A stretch of DNA of 63,513 nt, filler included, from Welwitschia mirabilis (lineage: Eukaryota): NCBI GenBank assembly GCA_051453625.1. It is 6 parts of one record of this genome, joined end to end, with 100 filler letters (N's around TTAATTAATTAA, not from the genome) between each part and the next. Parts side by side here need not be neighbours in the genome. Positions count along the whole stretch, not along the records: positions 44,268 to 59,163 come from JBOZIK010000001.1; positions 59,264 to 63,513 come from JBOZIK010000001.1; 4 more parts are not named here. One strand, 5' to 3'. The position numbers and the translations under genes were made by a program. Under the pieces are notes generated by a model. It worked only from the letters and a program-made list of their open reading frames with translations. It did not search any database and was not told the DNA's origin. Shown piece by piece: positions 49,201 to 62,700 of the stretch (positions are counted from its first letter, which is position 1; each line of letters opens with the position of its first letter).

Positions 49201-49720
49201 ACAAAGGTTTTGCTTTCATCTTTTTCTAGTTAGCATTATCAATTCCAAAGGGTCTGGCAGTTGATAGAGCTTCAACGCAATCTTTCTGTTTCAAAATATC
49301 TTTCACCATGATTCTCTAGATATTCTAATTTTGTCTAACAAGTTTGTTTAGCAGTTGCAGTCCTTCCATTCCGATGGATTTGAAGAACTCCCCATAATTG
49401 TATGAATACACTGCATGAAGGTTGGATGGACACCTTTTCTCCAACCTCCCTCTTCTCTACTCTACTTGGACATGATGTGATGTTCTGCTTTAGAGAACAC
49501 TTCTAACACAAAAAGCCCTACAAACACCCCCATTACTAATTCTTATGAAATGCAAAGTAAATTCAGTAAAACATCAAAGCTAAAAGGCAAACAACAAACA
49601 AAACATACACAAGCTTGATGAGGCTTGGGCCCTTTATACCCTACATCTTCCAATCAATGCAGAGCTCTTGTTAATATCTACAAAGTCAAGGACAGAAGCT
49701 ATCCTCAATAGCTTACAACA
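46215..49720 (-). mobile_element. Heavily decayed copia element (LTR part, gag, pre-integrase, integrase, probable RT start)
   Basis: gag MVKDILKQKDCVEAL near 49300; ANLW pre-integrase near 48150; YFHDDYTCKVWIDILKCKDGVFAAFK near 47900; LTR-like tract 49560-49720. Confidence 0.65.
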
Positions 49721-52700
49721 GGGTGCGTAATCAATTTCACACAAGCTTGCTTTATTCATAGTTCTTGATCTTTAATTTGTGTAAGATGAATTTACTCTTC
49801 CATTTTGTTTTCCAACTCTCCTCAAGTGATTATAGTAATCCTCATTTCACTCATACTAGCATTTTCATATGATTTAGACACTTTCATTTGAATTGCTTTA
49901 CGCTTATGTTCAATCATTCTATTTTTATAGTCTTAGGTCAATCTACTGTGGAAGAATTTATATTCTACGTCAAATGTATTTATGTTGTTGTTTACCAAAA
50001 TAGAAACATGCACTTGCGAACAACATGGAGCATGTTAGCAAAAGCATAGCTAGTACAACCTCATCAAAGTATACCATAGAGATAGTGATGTCATCAATTT
50101 TCTATTGTCACACACTGGCAACATTGTATGAACATGCATTGATGATTGCAAAAGCTTCGTGTATCATAATTATGGGACTTGGCTTACTTGTAGTCTAGCT
50201 CTCAATAAATGAGATGTGCCAAGTCCTTCTTAATCCTGGTCATAAGCTGATAGGGTGTGTCTTTCTTAATCCTAGTCATTGGCTGACAGGGTCTGTGCCA
50301 TGACATGTTCATAAGCATGACATCTGTGACCATCAGTTTGTGCATTGGATTTTTGCACAACTATTTCATTTTTACAAATTCAGACTTGACAGATTTGTAA
50401 GGGAGAAAGGAATGGCGCCATCAAAACTGTCTTACCCAATGTTGAGATACTGTGGCATAGATAAAGCACCGAACTCTAGATGCATCCCTCTTAAGATGGA
50501 GAATGCTCAAACCTGAAAATATACGTTGGAAGAATGAAGGGCTCAAACCTAAAAATATATGCTGACAACCATCTTCACAGGTTGAGTTACTAAGTCATTG
50601 ACACCTCAGCGCAACATCCTTATGCCCACCATTTGGAACGAAGTTGAGTAATCGTATTCACCTTTCCACTTCCCTCATGTATTCAGAGGCTGCTGCTCCT
50701 ATTAGGAATAGTCATCAGCAATACACATAGCACAATCGGCAAGTTCACTGCTACTAAAATTATTTGAGAAAACATGACCGGTAACATGGTCTGGATCAGC
50801 TTGCTTGTGGGAAATGAAAATTCAGTCTTCAGCCTTCTTCTTCTTGACCTCCTTGTGGATGCAAATGCCTGTTATCATTCTAAACATTCTTCGGTATCAA
50901 AGAATCCAAACGTAAGTTTTCATTGTGTTGCCCCAGATATCAAACACCATTTTTTCCAAAGTACTAGTAAACACTATTTGCATTGCTNNNNNNNNNNNNN
51001 NNNNNNNNNNNNNNNNNNNNNNNNNNNNNNNNNNNNNNNNNNNNNNNNNNNNNNNNNNNNNNNNNNNNNNNNNNNNNNNNNNNNNNNNNNNNNNNNNNNN
51101 NNNNNNNNNNNNNNNNNNNNNNNNNNNNNNNNNNNNNNNNNNNNNNNNNNNNNNNNNNNNNNNNNNNNNNNNNNNNNNNNNNNNNNNNNNNNNNNNNNNN
51201 NNNNNNNNNNNNNNNNNNNNNNNNNNNNNNNNNNNNNNNNNNNNNNNNNNNNNNNNNNNNNNNNNNNNNNNNNNNNNNNNNNNNNNNNNNNNNNNNNNNN
51301 NNNNNNNNNNNNNNNNNNNNNNNNNNNNNNNNNNNNNNNNNNNNNNNNNNNNNNNNNNNNNNNNNNNNNNNNNNNNNNNNNNNNNNNNNNNNNNNNNNNN
51401 NNNNNNNNNNNNNNNNNNNNNNNNNNNNNNNNNNNNNNNNNNNNNNNNNNNNNNNNNNNNNNNNNNNNNNNNNNNNNNNNNNNNNNNNNNNNNNNNNNNN
51501 NNNNNNNNNNNNNNNNNNNNNNNNNTTTTTAAAAGTTTACATTGTCTTCATATTTTCTTCAATAAGCAGATGTGCATTTGCATAAATCCATAAGCATTGG
51601 TATGGACATATGAATTAGTTTAAAAGCTGACTAATTGAAAATTAGAAGCACACACATGATGACATAAAAGATAATAAAATACATAGTAATCTAAGGATAA
51701 AAGATGCACAATCTAATGAGTTGCTACAAGATAGATTCTTGACTTTGTAAGAATGAATATAGTAACTTTAAGCATTGATTTATGCTTTTAAGATCAATTT
51801 CAGAAAAGATGTTAATAGCAACACATCTCCAGAAACAAGAAGAAATGCAGATATGTCCTTATTCTACAAAGAAATTCTAATGTTCATGAAATTTTGCAAT
51901 TTAATATTTTATTTTTTTCCACTTCAATAGATTTATCTTAAACATTTAACTTGAATCAACATTAATGATAAATAATGTATCATTTCATAGTAGCTTGTTT
52001 TAAACATGTTACAGTAAGTTAGATACCAGTAACTTCTCCTAGAAATGTTTAGGCCATGTATGATTAAATATGCAACTAGTTATCTAATATGTCTGCTTGT
52101 TAATAGTAATATTGCCTTAAGCTTGACTACTCTTATTATTAAACAGTAGCATAGCACTGATAGAAATAAAGCAGACAACTGTAAAGCACTAACAACAAAG
52201 CTACCTCTACAATGTATTTATGTGTGCACCCTTGCAAAGTTTAGGAAGATCAAAACCATAACTTTTTATGGTAGATTCCATTACCATTTTCATCTTTCTA
52301 TGAATGAGGTTTTTTCGTTAATTATCTTTATCAACATTTAAACCTTCTATGTTATTTTTTAATTCCCAAATGTATATTTGTCTATACATGTTCAAGGATG
52401 CTATTCTAGGTTGTACTTGACATAATTTCCTAGCATGCATCTTATGTGTTACATTGTGCTTATGCATTACATTTTCTAATGCTTTCATGTTATTGCTGCC
52501 ATCCTCTTTAAACATGTAATTATCTAAATGTGAAGTAATCATTTTTTATTTTGATGGACTCTATTGAAATGGCTTGTAGTTATGAACATCACCATTATGT
52601 TTTACTAAACAATAATCATGAAAAGTAGTTATTCTAAACTTTTCACTATCAGAGTTGTCCTATATACATGTTTTAGCTGGGCACTATTTTCCTTCCCTGA

Positions 52701-54478
52701 TGTTCATGTAGGTGTATAAGTAAAAAGCTATAAACTTTGTGTACATAGCATTAGGCATCTTTCACTTATCCTAATAAACTATCAAAAAAGATAAAAAACT
52801 TAAAGCTTTAGGAATCCTTTGCATCTACATCCCTTTCTTGTATTTTTGTCTTAACAAACTTGGTGTAGAGTTTGATTCTTTTGTTTATTTCTAAATGGAT
52901 AATCCAAAGTGTTCTCAAACATTAGATAAAATATGTATTAAGATTTAAATTTTAACTAATTGAAAATGTTTTATAGAGAACAAGCAACTTTTTCTTTTGG
53001 ACCACAACCTCTTACTAGCTTTACTATATTCTCCATTTCACAAGCAGTCAGGTTCATAAAACTTAAAACATTTGCTTATTCATTTTTACCTACTAACATT
53101 TCTACCACATCTCCTCCAAAAGACTTTTTAATAACTTCTTTAATACTAGCCCATATTATCCTTGATAGTTATACCTGCAAATTTTTTTTATTAGCATTGA
53201 CTGTAAAACATCAATCAGGAGCTATCCAACCAAGTCCTCAGAGACTTCTAGGATGGGCTTTGTTAAGAAGTACAGTAGGATTCTTGACACTGGCAATAGG
53301 GGGTAATGTGTTAAATGTGTTATAATGATTGTTTAATTTTCTAACTCAATGTATGACTTCATTGCAGTGCAGAGATAAGGGAGGTCTTCATTTCACTATA
53401 GATGTTATTAGCTCTCATGGTGCTATTAATATTTATTTAGGACTTTTTGGTTTCTACTTCATAAAGCTATCATTAGTTGCTTGATAAAGTATCCAAATGC
53501 TACTCACTTTGTAAGATTGATACCATGAAAATAGAAGTAATAGAAAAAATTCTATATATTTTCCCACAAACACGAGATCATCTTTGTATAGCAATTGTAG
53601 AATTGCTCCATGTGGTCATGAATGACTTTTTCTAGAAAAGTTGTTGAACCTTTTTTAAAGCACTAGCCTAACCTAGTCTTATGACCTGGCCTAACCTAGT
53701 CATAATTGAGAAGTAAGTGTCCTAGTATCCTGTTACCAAGTTCTTGCACTAGTGGTCAGGAAAGCCAAAATGTTCTAGAACTGTATTGATAAATGTCCAG
53801 CCCACAGTTATTGTAGCGAATGCCTTGCTTATATCCAATTTAAGCATTATTGATGGTTCTTGCTGGTGAATTTAAGTATTTCATGTATTAGAATCACTTG
53901 ATTAACTGTGTGCCTTCCCTTTGCAAATCCAGCCTATTCTATGTTTCTAATATCTCGTAAAATAATAGCTATTCAATTTGCTATGAATTTCGTGAGAATT
54001 TTGTACATGGTTATGCAGAGGCTAATCAACCTAGTATTCTATGGACATGCTAGCTTACTGATTTTTCAATAGAGTTACCCAGACAGTGTTTACATTTTTG
54101 CCTATGTGGTTTGTTCTCCAAAATTGGAAGACTGCATCTATCATATCCTTTCCAATAATATCCTAGTAGTATTTGAAAAGATCAATTAGATAACCGTCCA
54201 TCCCTGATTCTTATTATGTTTGATACTGAACATTATTTTCTTAATTTCCTCAAGGGTTGGTGCTTTGTTTAATAGAGCAATACTATCCTCTACAGCCTTC
54301 TTCTGAGTGTACCAACCACTTCCTAAATAGTTGTACCTCAGGTGTTCTCTCTTCAGCAAGAAACTTTTATAAAATTGCTCAATTTCTTGCTTTACTCATT
54401 CATAATCATATGACATTGTCCCTTCCTAAATAGTTATGCATTTTATTCTATTCTTGAAATACTTCACTAAAGCATAAT

Positions 54479-55666
54479 TGTAAAAGAACCATGTCCGAAC
54501 ATCCCCCATTGAGATCCAATCTATGTTTGCTCTTTCGTACTCATGGTTGAGTAATGGTTCATTTCAATGATGAACAATACAACCTTTTTCAGAACTCAGT
54601 CTTAGCTCAAGATTGGAACAGGCAAATCAAAATACCTCAGGCCAAGCTTTGTCAGTTAAGGATCATCCGTCATTTTATCTAGGATATCCGAACCTAGGTA
54701 CAGCTAAATGTATTAGGACGTTCAGTCTCTTAAACTCGAGACATCCAAACCTGTATGTTGTCTTTTATATTGGGACATCCAACCGCTCAACCCAAGACGT
54801 CCAGACCTGTATGTTGTCTTTTATATTGGGATGTCTGACCCCTCAAATTCAGACGTCCGGACTTGTAATCTATCTGTTATACTAGCATGTTCGACCTCTT
54901 AACCCAAGACGTCCGAGCCTGTAATCTGTTTCTTGTATGGGAACATTTGACCACCATATCTAATACATCCGACCCCTATCTCAGTTCTCTATCAAAGGAT
55001 TCTCTTAAAAATGGGACGTTCAGTATTTTAGCTTAGGACGTGTGGCCAACTATCTGCTAAAATGCAGTAATAACTGAAGAAGAACGTTGTGCACTCTATT
55101 TAAAGCGCAAACGCTAAGAAGAGGATGGTAATGACGCTCTATTCTATACAAGGCTTCCTTAGGATTTTTCCTTGATGAAAAACTATATATGTCCAAATCT
55201 AAGAGGATTGAAATGTTATCGACCTGTGAAAATCAAAAGCTATGTATACTTGATTTGGAATTTCTGTCTGAGTTGTACCTGATTTAAACTTTTGTATTCT
55301 TCCTTCTCTGACTGTACTTCTTGTTGATGAATCAAAGCTCATAGGCTCATACAACATTAGATTCCTTCAGAACATTCTTTGGATTGCTCAAAGAGGAGCA
55401 AGCTTTGTATTTGTAGCCCTAGCAAAGGGTGGTTGTGCTCTTGCACTTTGTTGATTAAGGGAACCAAGAGGCTAAAGGCTTGTGCTTCCTCTTGTGAGTG
55501 TAGTGGGCTTGGAGAGCCGAACCACTATAAATCGATAGTCTCCTTTTCTATTATACTTAATTTTTTGTTATTGTAATTGCTTTATTTGATCAAGTTTATC
55601 TTCATTCTTAGTTAAATTTTAAAAACCCTATTCACCCCCCTCTAGGGTGTTTTTGCGATCCTAATA
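54479..55666 (+). repeat. Sirevirus 5' LTR (~1.2 kb) with GACGTCC repeat array (about 54660-55050)
   Basis: Motif array, TATA-like boxes near 55097 and 55182, C-rich terminal motif. 5' boundary inferred from similarity to the 7552 LTR start. Confidence 0.8.
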
Positions 55667-55668
55667 AT

Positions 55669-55681
55669 TGGTATCAGAGCC
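55669..55681 (+). promoter_or_regulatory. Primer binding site, tRNA-iMet
   Basis: TGGTATCAGAGCC. Confidence 0.95.
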
Positions 55682-55734
55682 TTGTCATTCTAGATTAGGG
55701 TTTCTTTTTCTATTATTATGTGGTTGTAGATTAA

Positions 55735-58700
55735 ATGACTTCTTCAAACATTTCAAAAGGTCAAATTCATCTCCAGATCACCATTTTTCTCAAGATCTAA
55801 CTATTACTATTGGAAAACCAAGATGGTAATCTTTTTACAATTCCTAGATTGTGAGATTTGAGAATCTGTTGAACTAGGCTCTACTGCTCCTACCAAAGTC
55901 ATTGGCAGTAAGACCATTCTAAAGCCAAGAAATGAATGGGATCAGGATGACAAATGGGCTACTCAAATAAATGCTAAGGCCATGAATGCCTTGATATGTG
56001 CCTTATCCTTAGAAGAATACAACAAGATGGTTCAGTGCACAACAGCTTAAGAAATATAGGAGACCTTAAGAGTCGCTCATGAAGGGACAAGTGTTATGAA
56101 GAATGCTAAACTGCAAATGTTAATGACTCAGTTTGAAAACATAAAAATGGAAGATTCAGAATCAATAGCAAAATACACTTCAAAGATAAGTGACATCATG
56201 AATGGCATATGGGGGTTAGGTGAAGTTATACCTCAGAATCGAGCTGTGAGAAAAATTCTCAGAAGTCTCACAAAGAAATTTAGACCTAAGATCACTTCCA
56301 TTAAAGAGAGTAAAGATATTGATCTCATCAAAGTTAAAGAACTGAAAGGTTCACTCACAGCATATGAAACATCCTTACAGATAGAAGAGGATCATCTAAA
56401 ACAGAGAAACAAAGCTCTAAGTTGAATTAGATGTGGATGAAGACTCTCAATCAAGTGAGGAGGGGGTTAGGTGAAGCTATACCTCAGAATCGAGTTGTGA
56501 GAAAAATTCTCAAAAGTCTCACAAAGAAATTTAGACCTAAGATCACTTCCATTGAAGAGAGTAAAGATATTGATCTCATCAAAGTTAAAGAACTGAAAGG
56601 TTCACTCATAGCATATGAAACATCCTTACAGATAGAAGAGGATCATCTAAAACAGAGAAACATAGCTCTAAGTTGAATTAGATATGGATGAAGACTCTCA
56701 ATCAAGTGAGGATCTTGAAGATAACAATTTAACTCTTTTGGCAAATAACTTCAAGTGGTTTCTCCAGAAGAAAGGAGGAAGATCATCTCAGCAACCATTT
56801 AAAAGAGGTATGGACAAAGGTAAGAATCCCTCTAGTTCAATACCATGTTATGAATGCAAGGGATTTGGTCACATTACTTCAGAATATGCAAACAAACGAA
56901 AGGACAAGTCTTCAAGTCAAAAGGAAAGAAAGCACTGAAAGTTACATGGGATGAGGATGATTGTAGTTCTTCTTCAAGCGATGAAGAAGGCTGCATTAAC
57001 TTTGGCCTTATCTCCTTAACTGAAGAAATAAGTAATTATGTTGATTTAGACTCACCAGTTGATTTATTAAAAACACGTGATTATGAAAGTGATGATGTGA
57101 ATAATGATGATTTAGCTAGTGCCTATGAAAGGTTATATCATGTTAGTCTAGACCTTGGGAAGAAAAATTTGTGTCTTAAAGAGCAGGTGAGCGATCTTGA
57201 AGGGAAACTAAAAGAGGCTTCCCTAAAGATAGAATCTCTTCAGAAGGATCTAGCTCAAGCACAAGGAACAACTAAACGCTTTGGTAATGGAAAGGAGAAT
57301 CTAGACCGACTTCTAGGATTGGGAAGGAGAACAAATGACAAACCTAGTATTGGATAATCTTCTGGTATGTTGCCTACTCAAAAGTCTTTTTGTCCAAGTG
57401 TTAAATATCGTTCTTTTGGTATCTCTAGTCTACGATGTTATTTCTGTCAAGAATATGGTTATATCCAATATTCCTGTCCGCATAAAAAATCTCAGTATTT
57501 TGGTTATAACTACAATTTCAAGTTTCAAACTGTATCTAGACCTTTAGATAGAAGGCGATAGTCAAGAAGAGCAGTTGGAAATGGGTTAGGAAGGAGACCA
57601 CTAGGTCTCTTTTTGCTCATGCGGCATTCAAGGTGCACGAAACTACCAAATGNNNNNNNNNNNNNNNNNNNNNNNNNNNNNNNNNNNNNNNNNNNNNNNN
57701 NNNNNNNNNNNNNNNNNNNNNNNNNNNNNNNNNNNNNNNNNNNNNNNNNNNNNNNNNNNNNNNNNNNNNNNNNNNNNNNNNNNNNNNNNNNNNNNNNNNN
57801 NNNNNNNNNNNNNNNNNNNNNNNNNNNNNNNNNNNNNNNNNNNNNNNNNNNNNNNNNNNNNNNNNNNNNNNNNNNNNNNNNNNNNNNNNNNNNNNNNNNN
57901 NNNNNNNNNNNNNNNNNNNNNNNNNNNNNNNNNNNNNNNNNNNNNNNNNNNNNNNNNNNNNNNNNNNNNNNNNNNNNNNNNNNNNNNNNNNNNNNNNNNN
58001 NNNNNNNNNNNNNNNNNNNNNNNNNNNNNNNNNNNNNNNNNNNNNNNNNNNNNNNNNNNNNNNNNNNNNNNNNNNNNNNNNNNNNNNNNNNNNNNNNNNN
58101 NNNNNNNNNNNNNNNNNNNNNNNNNNNNNNNNNNNNNNNNNNNNNNNNNNNNNNNNNNNNNNNNNNNNNNNNNNNNNNNNNNNNNNNNNNNNNNNNNNNN
58201 NNNNNNNNNNNNNNNNNNNNNNNNNNNNNNNNNNNNNNNNNNNNNNNNNNNNNNNNNNNNNNNNNNNNNNNNNNNNNNNNNNNNNNNNNNNNNNNNNNNN
58301 NNNNNNNNNNNNNNNNNNNNNNNNNNNNNNNNNNNNNNNNNNNNNNNNNNNNNNNNNNNNNNNNNNNNNNNNNNNNNNNNNNNNNNNNNNNNNNNNNNNN
58401 NNNNNNNNNNNNNNNNNNNNNNNNNNNNNNNNNNNNNNNNNNNNNNNNNNNNNNNNNNNNNNNNNNNNNNNNNNNNNNNNNNNNNNNNNNNNNNNNNNNN
58501 NNNNNNNNNNNNNNNNNNNNNNNNNNNNNNNNNNNNNNNNNNNNNNNNNNNNNNNNNNNNNNNNNNNNNNNNNNNNNNNNNNNNNNNNNNNNNNNNNNNN
58601 NNNNNNNNNNNNNNNNNNNNNNNNNNNCAGCTAAACGTCTGGCCAATGGGAAGGAGAATCTAGGCCAACTTTTAGGATTGGGAAGGAAAGCAAATGACAA

Positions 58701-59163
58701 ATCTGGTATTGGATCAACTTCTGGTATGTTGCCCACTTAAAAGTTTTTTCATCCAAGTGCCAAATATCGTTCTTTTGGTATCTCTAGTCTACAATGCTAT
58801 TTCTATTAAGAATATGGTCATATCCAATATTCCTGTCCTTATAGAAAATCTCAGTATTTTAGTTATAACTACAATTTCAAATTTCAAAGTGTTTCTAGAC
58901 CTTTAGATAAAAGACTAGTAGTCAAGAAGAGCAATTGGAAATGGGTTAGGAAAGAGATCACTAGTTTTTTTTGCTCGTGCAGCATTCAAGGTGCAAGAAA
59001 CTACCAAATGATACCTTGACAGTGGATGCTCTCATCACATGACTGATGACAAAAGCGTATTAGCTACCTTCCAAGACTATAATGGCGGAGAGGTAACCTT
59101 TAAAGATAACAACAAAGGTCACATTATTGGTAGGGGATCCATTGCTGCTAATGATTTTCATCC
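55735..59163 (+). pseudogene. Sirevirus gag and protease, with frameshifts and two internal duplications
   Basis: SNYYYWKTKM, AHEGTS, VRKILRSL, CYECKGFGH, KALKVTWD, *YLDSGCSHHMT near 59010-59045. Confidence 0.9.
56211..56711 (+). repeat. 251-bp tandem duplication inside gag
   Basis: GGGGGTTAGGTGAAG...CAATCAAGTGAGG at 56211 and 56462; no gap between copies. Confidence 0.92.
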
Positions 59164-59789
59164 NNNNNNNNNNNNNNNNNNNNNNNNNNNNNNNNNNNNN
59201 NNNNNNNTTAATTAATTAANNNNNNNNNNNNNNNNNNNNNNNNNNNNNNNNNNNNNNNNNNNNGGTGCATTTGCGGTATGAAATCATGGTGATCATATTT
59301 TTTGAGATATAACATGAAAGAACATGGTTTTTATTTCTTTTTTTTCTTTCTTGTTTTTTCTTTCTTTCTTTTTTTTCTTTTTTTCTTTTTTTTTTGGAAA
59401 TACATTCTACATGACCAAGTACTTATAAGGATAACAGTGAAGTAAAGAGAGGAGTAACAAAGTAAGAACACGCAAAAACAACTAATTACTTACATCATTA
59501 AAAGAAAACCAAAAGAACTAAGGCATCTTCCTTCAAAATGAAGTTTATAGACATACGAATGTTTGAAGATTAGATGAAGCCAATCTTATCATCTAAATAC
59601 CCAAGTAAAATATTACTAGTCATAAAAACTTCATAAGTAAATACATATGTCAAACAATATTCAAGTGATAACATGATGTTTAACAAAGGAATGAGTTAAG
59701 AAGGAATTTAGATAATGGTAAAAGAAAGGTCCTTCTCATTAAGAGGGGCTTCCNNNNNNNNNNNNNNNNNNNNNNNNNNNNNNNNNNNN

Positions 59790-62700
59790 NNNNNNNNNNN
59801 ATAAATTTTTAACCTTTGTCCATTAACTTTTTGAATTTTCTAGTGTTTGGATTGGAGATTTTAACTAAGTTATTTGAGTGTTCTTTCTCTATAAAAGAAG
59901 GACCTAATCATTTAGAAGTTAACTTGTTGTGCAAAAGGTGTACTTGGGTGTTATACATAAGGACAAGTTGACCAGGTTAAACTTATGAATAATATTTTTA
60001 TCATATCTAAACTTGGCTTAATTTTTATGAATGAGTTGACGATATAAAGCATGAGTACATTTTTCATCTAAATGGTCAAGTTGGGCTAATCGAATTTTAA
60101 GATTGTCATTGAAGTTTATGAGGTTAAGTTGATAAGTGGATCAATAAGAATTATAAAAAACATCAACTGGTAAAACATAAACTTTGCCATACAGAAGTTC
60201 ATATGGTGAGAAACCTAGAGAGTTATGCCAAGTAGTACAGTAAGCCTAAAGAACATCATTAAATTTATAGAACCATATTTTTCTATTGACAGAGACTAAT
60301 TTTTTAAGCATCTTTTTTGTTTCTCTATTTATATTTTTATCTTGTTCATTAGTTTGAGGATGATAGACACAAGAAATTCTCTGTTTAACACCAATGGATA
60401 AAAGAAGTTTTCAAAAAAGGTGATTAATAAAATGAGTTCCCTGATTACTAATGATAATTCATTGAAAACCAAAACATTGAAAATTATGAGTTCTAACAAA
60501 GTTGCAAATGATTCAGACATCATTTTTTGTAGTAAGAATAGCTTCTACCCACTTAATAACATAATCTACTACTACAAGGAGATAATTTTTGTCATGGGAA
60601 GGGGGTGTAATTAGGCCTACAAAGTCAATTCCCCAATAATAAAAAGGTTCACATTCAAGTATAGGTTTTAGGGGCATATTTTGAGAATGAGGTAGGTTAC
60701 CATAACGTTGACATGAATTACACCTTCTAGAAAAGTCAAAGGAAAATTTGAAAAGAATAGGTCAATACAATCCAGAGTGAAGAATTTTCATGATGGTCTT
60801 TTGACCACTAAAGTGTCATCCACATACCCACCATGGTAAATTTGTAGGATTTCTAAATTTTTCCACTCAAGTACACACTTAAGTATAATTTGATCTTTGC
60901 AATGTCTATAAAGATGGGGTTCATTCAACTCATAGTTACCGATCCTATAGAGAAAAGATTTATGTTGGTTATGGTTCCAATGCTAAGGAGTTTTCATAAT
61001 AATAAAGTAGTTCACAATATTAGCATATCATGGAGTGGGATGAATAGAAGAGATAACATAAAGTCACTTAATTGTGAAGAGTTGTCCATCTGGAAAAGAG
61101 TCATTAATGGAAAGTTCATCATGAAAGCAAGAAAGTCGAGATAGATGATCGACAACACTATTATGTTTTCTAGCTTTATCAATGATGGTGAGATTAAATT
61201 CTTACATGAGAAGAATCCACCTAATAAGTCTGGCACTAGAGTCTTTTTTAGTTATAAAATAGCAGATGGTCACATGATCTATGTAAACATTGATATGAAA
61301 GCTAAGAAAATAATGTCAAAGATGATCTAGGCAAAAGATAATGGCAAGCATTTTTTTCTCACTAGTAGTGTAGTTGGATTGGGCTGGGGACAAAGTTTTA
61401 CTAAGATAAGTTATGACTTTGAAACCTTTTTCATATTTTTGATTAAGNNNNNNNNNNNNNNNACTTACATCACACATAAGTTCAAAGTCTTTACTCTAAT
61501 TGGGACACATGACAATAGATTTAGAAGAAATATTTTCTTTGAGGGTTTCAAATGTAAGTTGCCATGAATTATTCCAATCGAATGTAACATCTTTTTTAAG
61601 TAAAGAATGAAGAAGTTTACAAATTCTAGCATAGTCATGAATGAATCGTCAATAAAAACTAGCACTACCAAGGAAAGATCTAACTTGTTTGATATTAGTT
61701 AGAGGGCTAGGGTTTTTAATGATATCAACTTTTGTGAAGTCCATCCTAATCCCTTCTTTTAAAATGTGATGACTTAAAACAATTTCATGTTTGACAAGGA
61801 GAAAATTCTTTTCCCAACTCAAATGTAAACCACTCTCAATACATCGATCTAGGACTTTTTCTAATCTTTTTATTGTTTGTTCAAAAGTATCACCAAAGAT
61901 GGAGAAGTCACCCATAGAAATTTCAATAGAATCTTCTATCCAGAGTCATTGCAAAGTCCAAAGGACATTTGTCTAAAAGCAAAGATTCCAAAGGATGAGG
62001 TGAAAGTGGTTTTAACTTGGTCTTTGCTTGCTATACAAATTTGATTATAGCCACTATACCCATCAAGAAAATAATAGTAGGCATAACCTTGAATTCTATC
62101 AAGTACTTAATCATTAAAAGGTAAAGTGCAATAATCCTTTTTAGTGATCTCATTAAGTTTTCGAAAATCAATGCACATTCTCTATTTTTCTTCCTTCTTT
62201 AGAACTACTGTTAAAGGACTAACCCCTTTATCATCAGATATGGAATATATGATTCTGGCATCCATGAGTTTAATGATTTCATCTTAAACAATTTATTTAA
62301 GGGCTGGATTGAGTCTTCTTTAGGGCTACCTAACAAGTTTAGCATTATCTTCAAGGTAAATCTTCTGTTAAACTATAGAAATAGGAATGGTATCTAAGTC
62401 TTTATGTGTCCAAGCAAAGGCATTTTATTTCGAAATTAAGAGTGAAATTAAGTTTGATTCTTGTTAAGGAGTGAGGTCACTAATTATTAGGGGTTTCGTT
62501 TGATTTTCAGAGAGAAAAATATATTTTAAACCTTGGGGTAGTTCTTAAGTTCAAGACTAGTATTTTGAGCTATTGTCCCGTCTATCATTGGGACAACAGA
62601 CATGGGATGACACTCTGTAAAAAGTTTTTCTCCTGAATAAAAATGTTGAGTTTCTTCCTAGTCAGTATGTTCTTCATCCTCAGACTCAAGACAGTTTGTT

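Larger units (their letters stand above)
54479..59163 (+). mobile_element. Sirevirus LTR retrotransposon 5' half (LTR, PBS, gag, protease), cut by linker
   Basis: LTR ends CCCTATTCACCCCCCTCTAGG...GATCCTAATA, then AT and a perfect PBS; gag and protease closely resemble the 1070-7552 element. Confidence 0.92.

Noticed and set aside
60329..61567. Plus-strand ORFs over the Athila region
   Set aside because: Antisense shadows of the decayed minus-strand pol.
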